A DNA stretch of 64,000 nt from Octopus vulgaris (lineage: Eukaryota), in assembly GCA_951406725.2 (NCBI GenBank), contig OX597820.1, positions 87,420,001 to 87,484,000 of the forward strand. Reading direction: 5' to 3'. The notes below the pieces were generated by a model. It did not search any database and had not been told where the DNA came from. It worked only from the letters and a program-made list of their open reading frames with translations. Position 1 is the first letter of the stretch. Each line of letters opens with the position of its first letter. This document shows, piece by piece, positions 37,273-49,379 of this stretch. The translations under genes were made by a program, and so were the position numbers.

Positions 37273-40200
37273 GCCTTGTGATGAGCGACCAGTTACTGCG
37301 ATAAGAAAAGATTCCCCACAAATGATTTTAACACAGTTTTAACAGAAAAAGTTGGTAGAATTAAATGAAAGTTTTCCGGTAATTACCTTTCATGTAAATA
37401 AATGTTTATGTTAATTAAAATAAACATGACATTAAAATAAAAATGCAAAACCGAAGAAAACACAAATATGAGCGAAAAAAGAAAAGAGGAAGAAAGAATA
37501 GAAAGAAAAATAATATCAATTCAACATCAGGTGCCTCAGTAGATCACATCCCATAAGATTCAACGGGACCAAGCCAACACGTTCACGGTATTACTACGGG
37601 CGATGGCGAGTCTGAGGCGTTGAAACAACCAAGGGTTAAGTTGTTTGGTATTTTTTCGGAAGTCATCTGCAACTATTAATGTTACAAAAACAAGTTTAAA
37701 ATTACTTGTATAATCGTTTTAATTCATTTATTTATTTAATTCTATTTATTAAAGTTCTAAATTATAATTATTAGCTAAACATTAAAGAAGCCTATAGATA
37801 ACAATCATTGGCTTCTTGTTGAACGAGAGATAACTCAGCAGTGATTTAATATCCAAGACACTTACAGTTACTTCCCTTAGATAATTTTGTCTCGGTATTA
37901 ATTTTACGCTTTAATACATACCGCCAGCCATTCACGTACAACGGCAAAGCAACGAAGCGTCATAATAAATGGGTTTCAGTATTTAATTAAGTATTTTGAC
38001 ACTCTGAATTCAAACCCTATTAGGGATGACTTTATCTTTTATCGTTATGGATTATAATAATTACCCTAGTGTCGAGTATTTTTATCAAAATCTGGACTTC
38101 GGCTTAGCTTGTGTAATCAAGTAAGGCTGTCGCCTAGCAGCTAAGCTAAACATGTCCAACACTTACATCCACTGCTCTGCCACACAGATATCTTCCTTAG
38201 TTACGAGAAATTATGCAAGCTCTGAGCAGGTTTATAGAATTTTTTTTAAAAATATGACTGGAATACTTAATTGAATACTACTTTTAAGAATATAAAAGCC
38301 AGTTACAGATATCAGAGGAAGGATGGTAGATTTAATTATCAATAAAAAAATGTACAACTTTGCTACTGTGATGTAAATATTCGGTGTCTATTGTATTCAC
38401 TTGATCTTGTCACAAAATTTGAAACTAATATAGTAGAAGAGTTAATAATAGTACAAAGATTACTATTGTTATCTTATATAATCTTTACCTCATTCCAAGA
38501 AATTGCTCACAAAATTTACAAGTTTTTCTGAGATAATTAATGTCTTCAATATTACAGATTTTTTTTTATCAAAAGTCAAAGATAATGAAATAAATGAGAA
38601 GTTTGCTTCTCAACCGCATGGTTCTGTTTCAGTCCCACTGCATGGCACCTTGGGCAAGTGTCTTCTACTACAGCCTCAGGCCAATCAAAGACTTGTGAGT
38701 GGATTTGGTAGACAGAAACTGAAAGAAGTCCACTGTGTGTATGTGTGTGTGTGTGTCTCATCACTAATTTACAAGCAGTGTTAGCTTAGTGTGTTTACAT
38801 CTCCGTAACTTACTGGTTCAGCAAAAAGCGACATAAAATAATATTGGGCTTAAAATACAAATAAGGAGGATTCTTTTGATTAAAATTCTTGAAGGCGGTG
38901 CCCCAGCATGGCCGGTCTGATAACTGAAACAAGTAAAAAGTGACTAAATAATGTAATGTAGAAAAAGGATGGACGAAAAGATGTGATGTAAATATGTGAG
39001 CTACTAGTTTATTTAAATGTGAATGAACATCACTGGTTTATATAAACAACCATTTTTATCTAGGGGTACATATGAGATGACAAAAATAATAAAAAATAAA
39101 GCAAAAAAATAAAATAACTGACACACATCACGAGGTTAATGATAAAAATTTAGAAAAAAAAATGAGCTTCAAAAACTTGCATATCCTGTTGTTTTAATTA
39201 TACTCATACATTACAAAATTGGGAATAATTTATTTTTTAAGACACTCAAACATTAGTATGAATTGTTGAAAGACTTCAATTATATACACACACACACATA
39301 TATATTGGGTCAACCCATAGATAATGCGGTTTTTTCAGTTGCATAAACTAAAAGTCAGAGGGGGATGGGATAAACTATCTGCATCTGCTTGCTATAAAAG
39401 CAGGTAGTAATGTCACCTTGTTCTTATTCTTTACCTTATTCTTTAGCTTGTTCTTATTCTTATGTTATGCTCTGAATCCATGTTGTGAGCTGAGTGAGGG
39501 AATACATAGATTGATGATATCAAACATGAATGCTTCTTGAATTTTTTACAAAACCAATCATGTAGGATCTGCTATTGATGAAAAACTGGACTACTTACTC
39601 ATTAAATTAACATGTAAATGGTTGAGTATTCCACAGATAAATGTACTTTTAGTGTTAATTCTCAGGCTGAATCAGATTAAAACAATATAAAGCAGGTTCT
39701 TTGGATTACAAGTACAATCCATCTGACAGGATTCCGCATCAAGTGAATTTTAACCACAGGGCTTAAGTCAACTCAAGGCTGTGGTATAAGACATTTCGCC
39801 AAGATACTACACAGTAATCATCTGCAAAGCAAGAATAACCACAGAACTTCTTTAACATTCTAAAGTATGAGGATCAAGGGTTAGGTGTGATCTGAATGGC
39901 TAGTGTACCAGAGAGGATCGAGACATTGTAATTGACAAGTGAGTTCAGATGGATAATGGTACACTTATACTTACTAATTCTGAAAAGAAAAGAGCATGAA
40001 AGTGCTACTTTGAAGGTTATTAAATATGAAGTCTTCCTAGCATAATCCTAACAGAGGGACTAGTAGACAGCCATGTGATAAAACAATGAAATGCCTCATA
40101 GGTCTAGCAACCCAATTCTAATCTACGAATGTTGTTGCTTCATGTCAATATTTAAAAACTAGACGGCCCAATGAAATGATTTTTCCAGGGACATATAACA

Positions 40201-40534
40201 TTGGTAATCTTACTAACAAAAGCTCAGTTATGAGTCCCTCAAAGAGCCACAGCAGTCATTGACAAATGGTATATTATGAAATGGCTGCACTAAATTACAT
40301 CATTGATCCTATAACTGAATCATGTGCAAACAATAGTGAAGTATTCTGGTGTAAGATAAAAACATTTGTTTCAATTTTTGGCACAAGGCCAGTAATTTAG
40401 TAATTTCAGGGGAGACGGTAAATCGATTATATCAACCCCATTGTTCAACTGGTACTTATTTTATTGACCCGGAAAGGATGAATGGCAAAGTCGACCTCAG
40501 CAGAATTTAAACTAAGACCATAAATATACAGACA

Positions 40535-40880
40535 AAATGCATTTTACCTGGCATGCTAACAATTCTGCCAGTTCACCACTTCAAGGTATAGGATAAAGAT
40601 ATTAAAAAGAATAAGTAAGAAAATCTGGGTGTAATGAAGTGGTCTCAATAAAATAAATGCCTTTACAGATATTGGTTTCATTTTTACACTAAAACACCAT
40701 GACAAAGAAATGCATTTTACCTGGCATGCTAACAATTCTGCCAGTTCACCACTTCAAGGTATAGGATAAAGATATTAAAAAGAATAAGTAAGAAAATCTG
40801 GGTGTAATGAAGTGGTCTCAATAAAATAAATGCCTTTACAGATATTGGTTTCATTTTTACACTAAAACACCATGACAAAG
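40535..40880 (+). repeat. 173-bp tandem duplication specific to the copy-3 3' flank
   Basis: aaatgcattttacctggc...accatgacaaag occurs twice (40535 and 40708). Single at ~25995-26170. Confidence 0.92.
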
Positions 40881-41195
40881 AAATAATGTTTTCCTAAACA
40901 TTGGGAATTATCCTATACAGAAAAATATTCATAAATATTAATGAATAGAAAGCTTTAGAAAATGTAAAGATTGTTACTTTATGTATTTTCAAATATTTTT
41001 CTTTATTTCCAAGTTATAAAAAAATTCACTTTTATGAGTTGATTATTAAGGTCTACCATTCTATCAAATATTAATTCAATGTTTTCATTATGGAATTTGG
41101 AAGAAGATGAATAATGCAAGGCTATGATACAAACTTGTTTAATAAAATATATTCTAAATAAATGGAAGATGGTGTAAGTGGATTCTTTGGCTAGT

Positions 41196-41861
41196 TTACT
41201 TTGTCTTCACATAACGTTTGTAGATTGGAATTAATTTCTTCATATCAGGAATAGTAAGTGTTACACTCTCCTTTTCAGAACAAGCAGTGAGCCATTTCTG
41301 GAACCGAGGATACCAATCAATATCAGATGGTATTTCAAAATTTTTATAATGTTTCAAAACTTCCAGCCTTTGCAACCATGGAAACACCATTATATCAGCA
41401 AATGAAAATGAGTCCCCCATGAAGAAATTTCCAGTTGGAGACATGGCTTTCACAAAACTTCCAATATTTTCAACAAAAGATTTCTGTGTTTCACCAAGAT
41501 TTTCAGGATCTGATCTCAGAATAGCAAAAAATAATGGTATTATTTTACTTGTAGCATAATCACCCCAGATACGAACCTGAGCCTTATCATAAGGTTGTTC
41601 CATCATAATTTTGGGGTTTTGTGGCCAAGCTTCATCAATATATTCCATACATACAGCAGATCTATAAATAATTTTATCATCATGTACCAGCACTGGTACC
41701 AAGCCTCTTGGATTCAGTTTTAAAAATTCTTCAGTCTTGTTATAAGGATCAATTTCTTCATATTTAAAAGGAATTCCTTTCTCCAAGAGAGCAATCCAGA
41801 GTCGTTGAGCAAATGGACAGTACCAGGCACTTAAAAAACGAAGTTCAATACTTTCAGACAT
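41196..41861 (-). CDS. GSTO: Glutathione S-transferase, omega-like Cys-GST, copy 3 (221 aa, E67R at the G-site)
   Basis: Intact ORF with WYCPFAQR. IIYRSAV replaces IIYESAV. Acceptor AG at 41877-41878. Confidence 0.93.
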   Translation of the reverse strand: MSESIELRFLSAWYCPFAQRLWIALLEKGIPFKYEEIDPYNKTEEFLKLNPRGLVPVLVHDDKIIYRSAVCMEYIDEAWPQNPKIMMEQPYDKAQVRIWGDYATSKIIPLFFAILRSDPENLGETQKSFVENIGSFVKAMSPTGNFFMGDSFSFADIMVFPWLQRLEVLKHYKNFEIPSDIDWYPRFQKWLTACSEKESVTLTIPDMKKLIPIYKRYVKTK

Positions 41862-42259
41862 ATTAGGAAAAGGAACCTAAATGAAAAAGAAGCAAAAATA
41901 GCTTTAAATATATATCCATAAACTATTAATCAATAATTCTGAGTAAAAACAAATATATTTTACATTTATAAATTACATTTGTATCTTTGTATTATGTCTG
42001 TTTTTCTATGCTAGTATGAGTTAGACATGCATATTATCGAAGAAAAATTCTTAGTCAGATGCCCGTTTTATCATTAAGTCTTGCCTGCTTTTCTACTAAA
42101 GGGATTTTCATTCCATTCTTTTAAAGAAGTGCAGGACTATCAGATGACTTTTGATAGGGAAATGCCAACAAATTTCATGGTTTGAAGCTCAGTGATATTC
42201 TGGAGATGTGCAATATGTAAACATTTACACATACACACACAAAACCATACATATATATA

Positions 42260-43976
42260 TCCTCCATTGCACCTGTACCACACGATGATAACTTATGGGT
42301 TCCACAGCCACCAGAAAATGTTAGTAAATCCTATCAAAATGTTAATAACAAATTTAAATTTCATTCACATTAAAAGAATCAATATTGAAATATGTGATTA
42401 CACATAAAATTCTTATTAAGGTATCAACTATTAAATGCAACCTTTTACATTTTTTCCAGGTAGAGGAATTGATGGAGGTTTCAGCAGGAGAGTCTGGAGG
42501 TGGCAACAATGAGGAAATGGATGAAACATTTTAGCCAGGAACAAGTACCTGCCCCCACTTTCCAAATCAAAATGAACTGAATGATCTCATTAGGGACTTT
42601 GGTCTCACTAAGTTAGGAACTGAGCTTTTAGCATCCAGGCTGAATGAATGGAATTTCTTGGGAAGGACTGTAGATTAACAATATATAGGAAAGCACCATG
42701 AGAAATTCAAAGTATTCTTTGACATAAGTGAGGATCTGTGCTGCTGCAAAGATATAAATGGCTTGTTTACAGCTATTGGAATTGATCACAACCCTGAAGA
42801 ATGGTGACTTTTCATAGATAGCTCAACAAAAAGCCTCAAAGCTGCTTTATTACACAATGGAAATCAGCATCCATCCCTGCCTATTGCATACTAAGTACAA
42901 ATGAAGGAAGAATATGACAATGTGAAAGAGCATCTCGAGAAAGTAAACTATAAATTTAAATGGGAGGTTTGTGGTGACTTTAAAATGTTTGCCTTCTTAC
43001 TTGGATTACAGGGTGGGCACACTAAGTATTTGTGTTTTTCTTGTCTATGGGGCAGTGGGGCTGATCATGAACATTACCAGAAGGTTGAGTGGCCCCCACA
43101 AGATGACTTCCAGTCAGGAAAGCTAAATGTAGAGCCTGCAAAAGTGTTGTTACTTCCACTTCACATAATGCTGGATCAGGTCAAACAGTTAGTAAAGGCT
43201 TTAGATCATGGTGAAGAAGTATTTCAAGAGATTCATCTACTCTATCCAAAGCTATCTGAGGCAAATGTTAAAGGTGGTATATTTACTGGACCACAAGTAA
43301 GGAAAATTCTGAGGTCAGTAAAACCTGAAAATTTGATGAGTGATCTGGAAAGAGAGGCAGGGTTTGCATTTCAAGATATTGTCAATGGATTCCTTGGTAA
43401 TAAAAAAAGACCCAAACTACAAGCAGCTCATAGCAAAACTTATTGAGAGTTATAAGAATTTAGGCTGTAGAATGTCATTGAAAGTACACTTTTTGCATTT
43501 GCCTTTAGACATTTTCCGTGAAAATTTAGGTCAAGTGAGTGAGGAACATGGTGAGAGATTCCATCAAGATATTGCTACAATGGAGAAAAGATACCAAGGG
43601 AGATGGGGCACTGCAATAATGGGGGACTCCATATAGTCAGTGGTGCATACAGATATAGGAGCTCACAGTAGGAGAGCATGACCTTCGGTGCATTTCTAGT
43701 AAAATCTTATAATATCATCATGGTTTTGCTTACATTTCTCATTAGTTTGAAAATAAATATTAGGACAAAATATTTTTTGTTCCTATTAATGTACAATGTG
43801 AATAAGTTGAATAAAGTATATTACAGCTAAATTTTATTCCCATTCTATAGAAAACCGAAATTATCTTCTAAAATATCGATGCTATGCAATTTTCAAGAGT
43901 AGTTTTGAAATCAGGAGAAAAAAAATCACCCTAGAAACACTAAAAACATTTCGAGAAGCAAAGCTTGTGTTACTTT
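42260..43976 (+). mobile_element. Chapaev (Chapaev3-like) DNA transposon fossil with an intron, 5'-truncated
   Basis: Broken frames give PVPHDD..VPQPP, NELNDLIRDFGL..ELLASRLNEWN, LFIDSS.KSLKAALLHNGN, CGDFK..LLGLQGGHTKY.CF.CLW, LLPLHI, GIFTGPQ, LGCRMSLKVHFLH and VSEEHGERFHQDI..MEKRYQGRW. Confidence 0.85.
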
Positions 43977-44001
43977 GCATTATGCATTCTAAAAACTTTG
44001 G

Positions 44002-44709
44002 GGATCTTTACCCTTTGAATGGCAGATCGGGAAATTAATTTTTTGTAACTAAACACTTTCAAACTTCAGACACTGGTAGAATGTGTTATATAAAACATCT
44101 TTTACTCTTAGTGTTGTTGAGAAAAGTTTTGTATTTTCAAAGTTATTTCATGTTAAAGTATTGGTATTTTGGTAATTTCAACCAATCAATGACGTGTATT
44201 CAGCTGAATAAAATTACTGCTATTGTTTGTCAACAACAACTATCGGTGGAGTATATTTCGTTTCTCACTGTTATTTATGACATCGTTCGTGCATTTGTAC
44301 TGGTTTTAGCTTTAGGGTTTTAGGGTTAGAGTTGCAGAAAAAAGTGTAAAATGAAGAAATTGTAAAATGAAGAAATATTTCGAAAATAGCTGAAAAACAG
44401 AAAAAAAAAGTAAAAGCAGTAGAAATGCACGAACAATTGTGGCGGTGCCATGAAGTAAACATACTTCAGATACACTCGTTTATTCATACAAACATAACTG
44501 AGATGAAATATGTCATAAATAACAGTGACAAATGAAATATACACCGCTGGAAGTTGTTGTTGACAAACAACAGCAGTAAATTTATTCAGCTGAATACCTG
44601 TCATTGAATGGTTGAAATTACCGAAATACTACAACTTTAAGACGAAGTTTGAAAGTGTTTAGTTACAAAAAATTAATTTCTCGATCTGCCGTTCAAAGGG
44701 AAAAGATCC
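44002..44709. mobile_element. Foldback MITE with long imperfect TIRs
   Basis: 44002-44067 pairs with 44643-44709, and 44164-44283 pairs with 44510-44630. Confidence 0.88.
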
Positions 44710-45006
44710 AATTTTTGTTCTATTTAGTGAATACACAGCTGACACCTTTCCTCTAACTATTACTGTTGAATATTCACAAGCTGTCGCAGACTGTTTGGTC
44801 CCAATATGACAATGAAGAAGACAAAATAAAGCAGTTAGGCCACAACCCACATTTACGCAATATAATTGAAAATTAAGCAAAGGCTAAGCCAGAATATTAG
44901 CTATAATGCTAATGCTAAATATAGTTTCTTATCTGTTATTTTAAAAAAAAGTAAAATGTTCAGAGTGGAAAAAGCTATTTCACAAAATGTTTCACTGAAG
45001 CCCGTC

Positions 45007-45056
<50 letters not shown>

Positions 45057-45194
45057 AAAAAAGAAGTTTGAAAACGCCACTATATTAGATAAATTTTAAT
45101 TTTCTTATGAATTTTACATGTTTCGGTTCTTGAAAAAACGAACCTTATCAAAAATATTATAAAAAGTGCAATAGAAAAGTTCATAATCGTTTCT

Positions 45195-45257
<63 letters not shown>

Positions 45258-45259
45258 GT

Positions 45260-45490
45260 ATGTGTGTGTGTGTGTATATATGTTTGTGTGTCTGTGTTTG
45301 TCCCCCCCCCCCCACATCATCGCTTGACAACCGATGCTGGTGTGTTTACGTCCTCGTAACTTAGCGGTTCGGCAAAAGAGACTGATAGAATAAGCAAGGC
45401 TTACAAGGACTAAGTCCTGGGGTCGATTTTCTCGACTAAGGCGGTGCTCCAGCATGGCCACAGTCACATGACTGAAACAAGCAAAAGAGT
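45260..45490 (+). mobile_element. SINE family A 3' half after a (TA)n tract
   Basis: tgtttgtccccc..cgcttgacaaccgatgctggtg..cagcatggccacagtcacatgactgaaac. Confidence 0.85.
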
Positions 45491-45777
45491 TGGGCATACA
45501 TGCTTATATACATGCTTATTGCAGTCGTCGATTTGTAGTTTGTTTACATATCCATTCTCTTTTACTGCATCATGCAGTTTGATATTATCTATTTTGGTGC
45601 CTTTGCATATTTTGTGCTATTTTTCAGTGTTGGCTTGCTGTTTCGAATTACAGCACATTTTCTTTCATACCAAAGGTTTGAAAATTTCTGAAGATCATAA
45701 CTGTCTGACATTTTTGAAATGAGGAAAATTTTGAAATAAAATATTATGTAAAAAAAAAACATATAAATGCACAGGGC

Positions 45778-46018
45778 GGAGGTAAAAGACATGGACCACC
45801 CCTTTTCGTTTTGTTTTTTTTTTTGCAGAAACCCTCTTTTTCAACTATGGAGATTCCGAATTTGCAAAAGAAAAAAATCGGCAATTCAAAATGGGGGGAA
45901 GGTTAAAATTTTGAAATGCCGATTTTTTGGCAGATTTGGAATCTACGCAGTCGGAGAGATAGGTTTCTGTAAGAAAAAAAAACCCTGAAAGTGGAGGCGG
46001 TCCATGTCCTTTACCTCC
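45778..46018. mobile_element. Palindromic MITE
   Basis: ggaggtaaaagacatggaccacc / ggcggtccatgtcctttacctcc. The inverted match continues almost to the centre (aaaaaatcggcaattcaaaat / attttgaaatgccgatttttt). Confidence 0.85.
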
Positions 46019-46532
46019 TCTCCGGTCAGAAAGTTTGTTTGTTATGTATTTAAAGCATGCTATATTTGAGTACGTGAAAGTAATAGGTTCTTTTCAATCT
46101 GACGGCTGAAAAGATCCAAGTAATATTCTAATCATAACAAACTAGTTAATAATCAGTGCGTGTAAGTGTGTAAACTTTAAGAGAGAGTCACTATACAATA
46201 TGTTGTACAATGGGAAGAAGTGGAGACTCAAGGGATCCCCCGGCAGCACATTCTAGCTACGCCCCTAGTAGCATCGTAGGAAACAACTCATTTCTATTAT
46301 TTAATAATTAAAAAAAACTACATGCAAAGGGGATTACAAATTAAACAAAAATGAATTTTCCTCGTGTAAATTTTCAAACTATTTTATGTCCCTAAAGCGA
46401 TAGGTTTAATGTTGAAAATGATAGAGATCGAAATAACGGAGACTGGATTGGGATTAAGTCAAATTTACAATTTCATAAGTAATGTGTTGACTCAGAAACA
46501 TAAAGAATAAAATAGGCAAATTTTATTCTTTA

Positions 46533-47451
46533 CTGGCAGTATCGCCCGGCGTTGCTCGGGTTTGTAAGGGAAATAACTATATAAGCATTTTTAGAGAGTT
46601 ATAGCCAAAAAATAGCAAAAAAATGCATTAAAAATGGGGAAAAAATTATGGTAAATTTTTTTTTAAATCGTTGAATCATCGTAGACATTTTTAGAGAGTT
46701 ACTTCCCTTATATAATAGCGAAAAATGCATTAAAATGGGAAAAAATGACGGTAATTTTTTTTTTTAGAATCGTAGACTCATCGTAGACGCGCGCTAATAC
46801 CCAGAAGGGCTCGATATGAATCACGACTATAAGATACCCGGTTTTTGGTTAAACTGCACCGCAAAATGTGGGAGTAGTTAGGAATCTAAATCATAGGAGA
46901 CAGACACACAACTTCACTTTTATATATAAAGACTAGCAGTATCGCCCGGCGTTGCTCGGATTTGTAAGGGAAATAACTATATAAGCATTTTTAGAGAGTT
47001 ACTTCCTTTATAGATGCCAATTCGGGCTTTCTTAGCCATTTCTGTTTTGGTGTCTTCAAGCCATGAAGTCGTTGTTCTAAAAGAACGCTGGTCTCCTTGA
47101 CAACGCTTTACGACGTTGATTTCCTTAAACTCCCTTCCCCACAGCTTCACGAGGGAGGGAAGAAGGGGGAGAAGCAAACACAGGTGCAGGTGTTTGAGCG
47201 TGGACGCCAACTCTGCCGCCATCGACACACGAAAAATTATGCATTAAAATGGAATAAAAAAATGATGTTAAATTATTTTTAAAATCGTAGACTCATCGTA
47301 GACGCGCGCTAATAGCCAGACGGGCTCGATATGAATCACGACTATAAGATACCCGGTTTTGGTTTAAACTGCACCGCAAAATGTGGGAGGAGTTAGGAAT
47401 CTAAATCGTAGGAGACAGACACTCACACAACTACAGTTTTATATATATAGA
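46533..47451 (-). mobile_element. Head-to-tail tandem of two non-autonomous Helitrons (46533-46932, 46933-47451)
   Basis: On the minus strand each starts TC and ends in a ccgagcaacgccggg hairpin plus CTAG/CCAG. The array lies between A and T. Confidence 0.88.
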
Positions 47452-47750
47452 TATATATATATGAATTTAAAAACAAACGGGATCATCACGGCTGGAACGC
47501 CTTTGATCAGATCAATCAGTGCTGAAACCAGAATTAAACATCAAATAACAATAACTAATATAGTAAGTTTAAACAGCGGTTAATTAAGGTTATCCATGTA
47601 TAAAAAAACACAGAAGTCCTTTTAAGAATAATTAAAAACCAAAAATCGACAGTTAGTCAATGAAAGACCCTGCCCTCAGTGTGCGTGTATTCAAAAACGC
47701 TTCCTGGGGTACTTTTCCGCAGATTTTATTTAACACATGCTTTTACTTAC

Positions 47751-47815
47751 CTCACTGCAAACAACTCGAGCAAACTTGTGCAAACAAGTAATTTCACTTG
47801 CTTCTTCCCGCTGTC
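47751..47815 (-). other. Candidate non-coding first exon of GST copy 3
   Basis: Donor GAG|GTAAGT (plus strand acttacctc, 47745-47753). Block 47455-48600 is homologous to 16645-18465. The TATA-like motif is absent here. Confidence 0.5.
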
Positions 47816-47903
47816 TGTTCAATGCAAGCAGGTATGTAGTTTACAGTTGGAGTATGCGTCAATATACACCCAGAAAATACGTTTTGTAATAAATACATGA
47901 CCT

Positions 47904-47947
<44 letters not shown>

Positions 47948-48194
47948 CGTGCGTGCTTGCATGTGCATATATGTGTGTGTTTAAATTCCTCTCTCTCTCT
48001 CTCTCTCCCCCTCTCCCACTCTCTCTGTCGAAAAGAAGTCGGCTGTAGTAGTATCAAGAGAGGTATGGGTTCCGCCAGATCTAAACCTACTCGTGACACT
48101 GTCACCAAAGAAGCAAGGCAAGTTCAATGATCTGTGTGTATGGTGGTGGTGGTGGGGGGGACCTACCTATACAAATGTGCCGAACTCCGACTTT

Positions 48195-48755
48195 GTTTGA
48201 TTCCTCATAACTTTCAGAAAAAATGGAAATTATTTAATGAAAGTTTCTACAAATACGCTTCAGATGAGTAGATCCTGATTGCATAGGAATTTGTAGGATG
48301 GGCTTTGCTGCCCTAAAATGGGTACTTTTTTAATGAAATTTTCTACAAATTTTCAGAGCGTGTAGATTACTATTATATCAGAATTTGATATGAAAAAGAC
48401 AAAAAAAAAAAAAAAAATTGGGCACACACATGCACATACTGACATAATTTTTTCCGAAACTTTTGTAAACATGTAATGTGTGTCAGTACGTATGTGTACG
48501 AGTCCACCTCTTTTTTTTTTTTTTTTTCTGAAAGGTATGTGCTGAAAATTTTCATAGAAAATACTCGTTTTCCTGAAACTTATGAGGAAACAAATTTGAC
48601 TCATGTGAATTTTCCGAAGCCCCTCTCCTAACTCACGGAAAACCTTTTTCTTTTCCCCAACAAATTGCGATGTAATCGGAATCTACACCATCTGAAGCAT
48701 ATTTGTTGAAAATGTCTCTAAAAGATATACACGTTTCTGAAAATTATGAGGAATA
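48195..48755. mobile_element. Degenerate foldback element
   Basis: 48200-48295 (attcctcataactttcagaaa..caaatacgcttcagatgagtagat) is inverted at 48660-48755. Units 1 and 2 keep only the left part, joined to the hAT fossil. Confidence 0.65.
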
Positions 48756-48948
48756 TATCGGGGAGAGACAATATTATAGGTAAGCCTATATATACAGGGT
48801 GGTGCATGAAAAAGAACCCGGTTTCGTAGCATAGTGACAATATAGAAATATATTTATACACGAAAAAGTGCTAGGCTCTTCCTTTGCAGGTGTCATTGTG
48901 TTATTTCAGAACTGAATCGTCAGTCCATGACAACGTCAGAATATACAA

Positions 48949-49031
48949 CCAAATTCTGTTCAAGTACGTGATGCTGATAAGGCACAAATATGACGAAACA
49001 TCGATGTCTGTCGCTCTTGAATGGGATTTGG
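48949..49031 (+). ncRNA. Extended type I hammerhead ribozyme, monomer 1 of a 346-bp tandem repeat
   Basis: CCAAAUUCUGUUCAAG-UAC-GUGAUG-CUGAUAA-GGCA(CAAAUA)UGAC-GAAA-CAUCGAUG-UC-UGUCGC-U-CUUGAAUGGGAUUUGG. 16-bp distal stem I, UAC/U internal loop, GUC site ending at 49008. Has a C3-A8 mismatch. Confidence 0.8.
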
Positions 49032-49293
49032 GGCGAGTTGACTCGCTTGGCTATGACTTTCAGATGTTTTATGCAGCGCTTTGAGATAATCATCCTAATC
49101 GTGCTAAATCGCAGCCTACCGGCAAAAGAGAGGGGGTCGTTTATTGAGTATGTGAGGTCAATACTGTTTGCAACACTAGCGCTGCTCCTTTAAATCATAT
49201 TTGAATTTATTCTTACGAATGCATTGCCAGGGCATACCAGCAAATGGTTTTCACACTATTTGTACATACTCATGGAATGGCACTTCCGTTCAA

Positions 49294-49379
49294 CTCCAAT
49301 TCGGTTCGGGTACGTGATGTTGATAAGCCACAAAACTGACGAAACATCGATGTCCAGCGCTCCTGAATAGGATTTGGGG
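49294..49379 (+). ncRNA. Extended type I hammerhead ribozyme, monomer 2
   Basis: UUCGGG-UAC-GUGAUG-UUGAUAA-GCCA(CAAAAC)UGAC-GAAA-CAUCGAUG-UC-CAGCGC-U-CCUGAA. U3-A8 pair, compensatory change in distal stem I, GUC site ending at 49354. Confidence 0.8.

Larger units (their letters stand above)
27000..41500 (+). repeat. Tandem segmental duplication of ~10050-26800
   Basis: Colinear near-identity from the GST 5' part through the intergenic spacer to the next GST 3' part. The offset shrinks from 16950 to ~14700 because of unit-1-specific insertions. Confidence 0.95.

Noticed and set aside
42901-43636. Overlapping ORFs as a programmed frameshift or active transposase
   Set aside because: The shift is in an A-run, and several other stops and frameshifts occur upstream.
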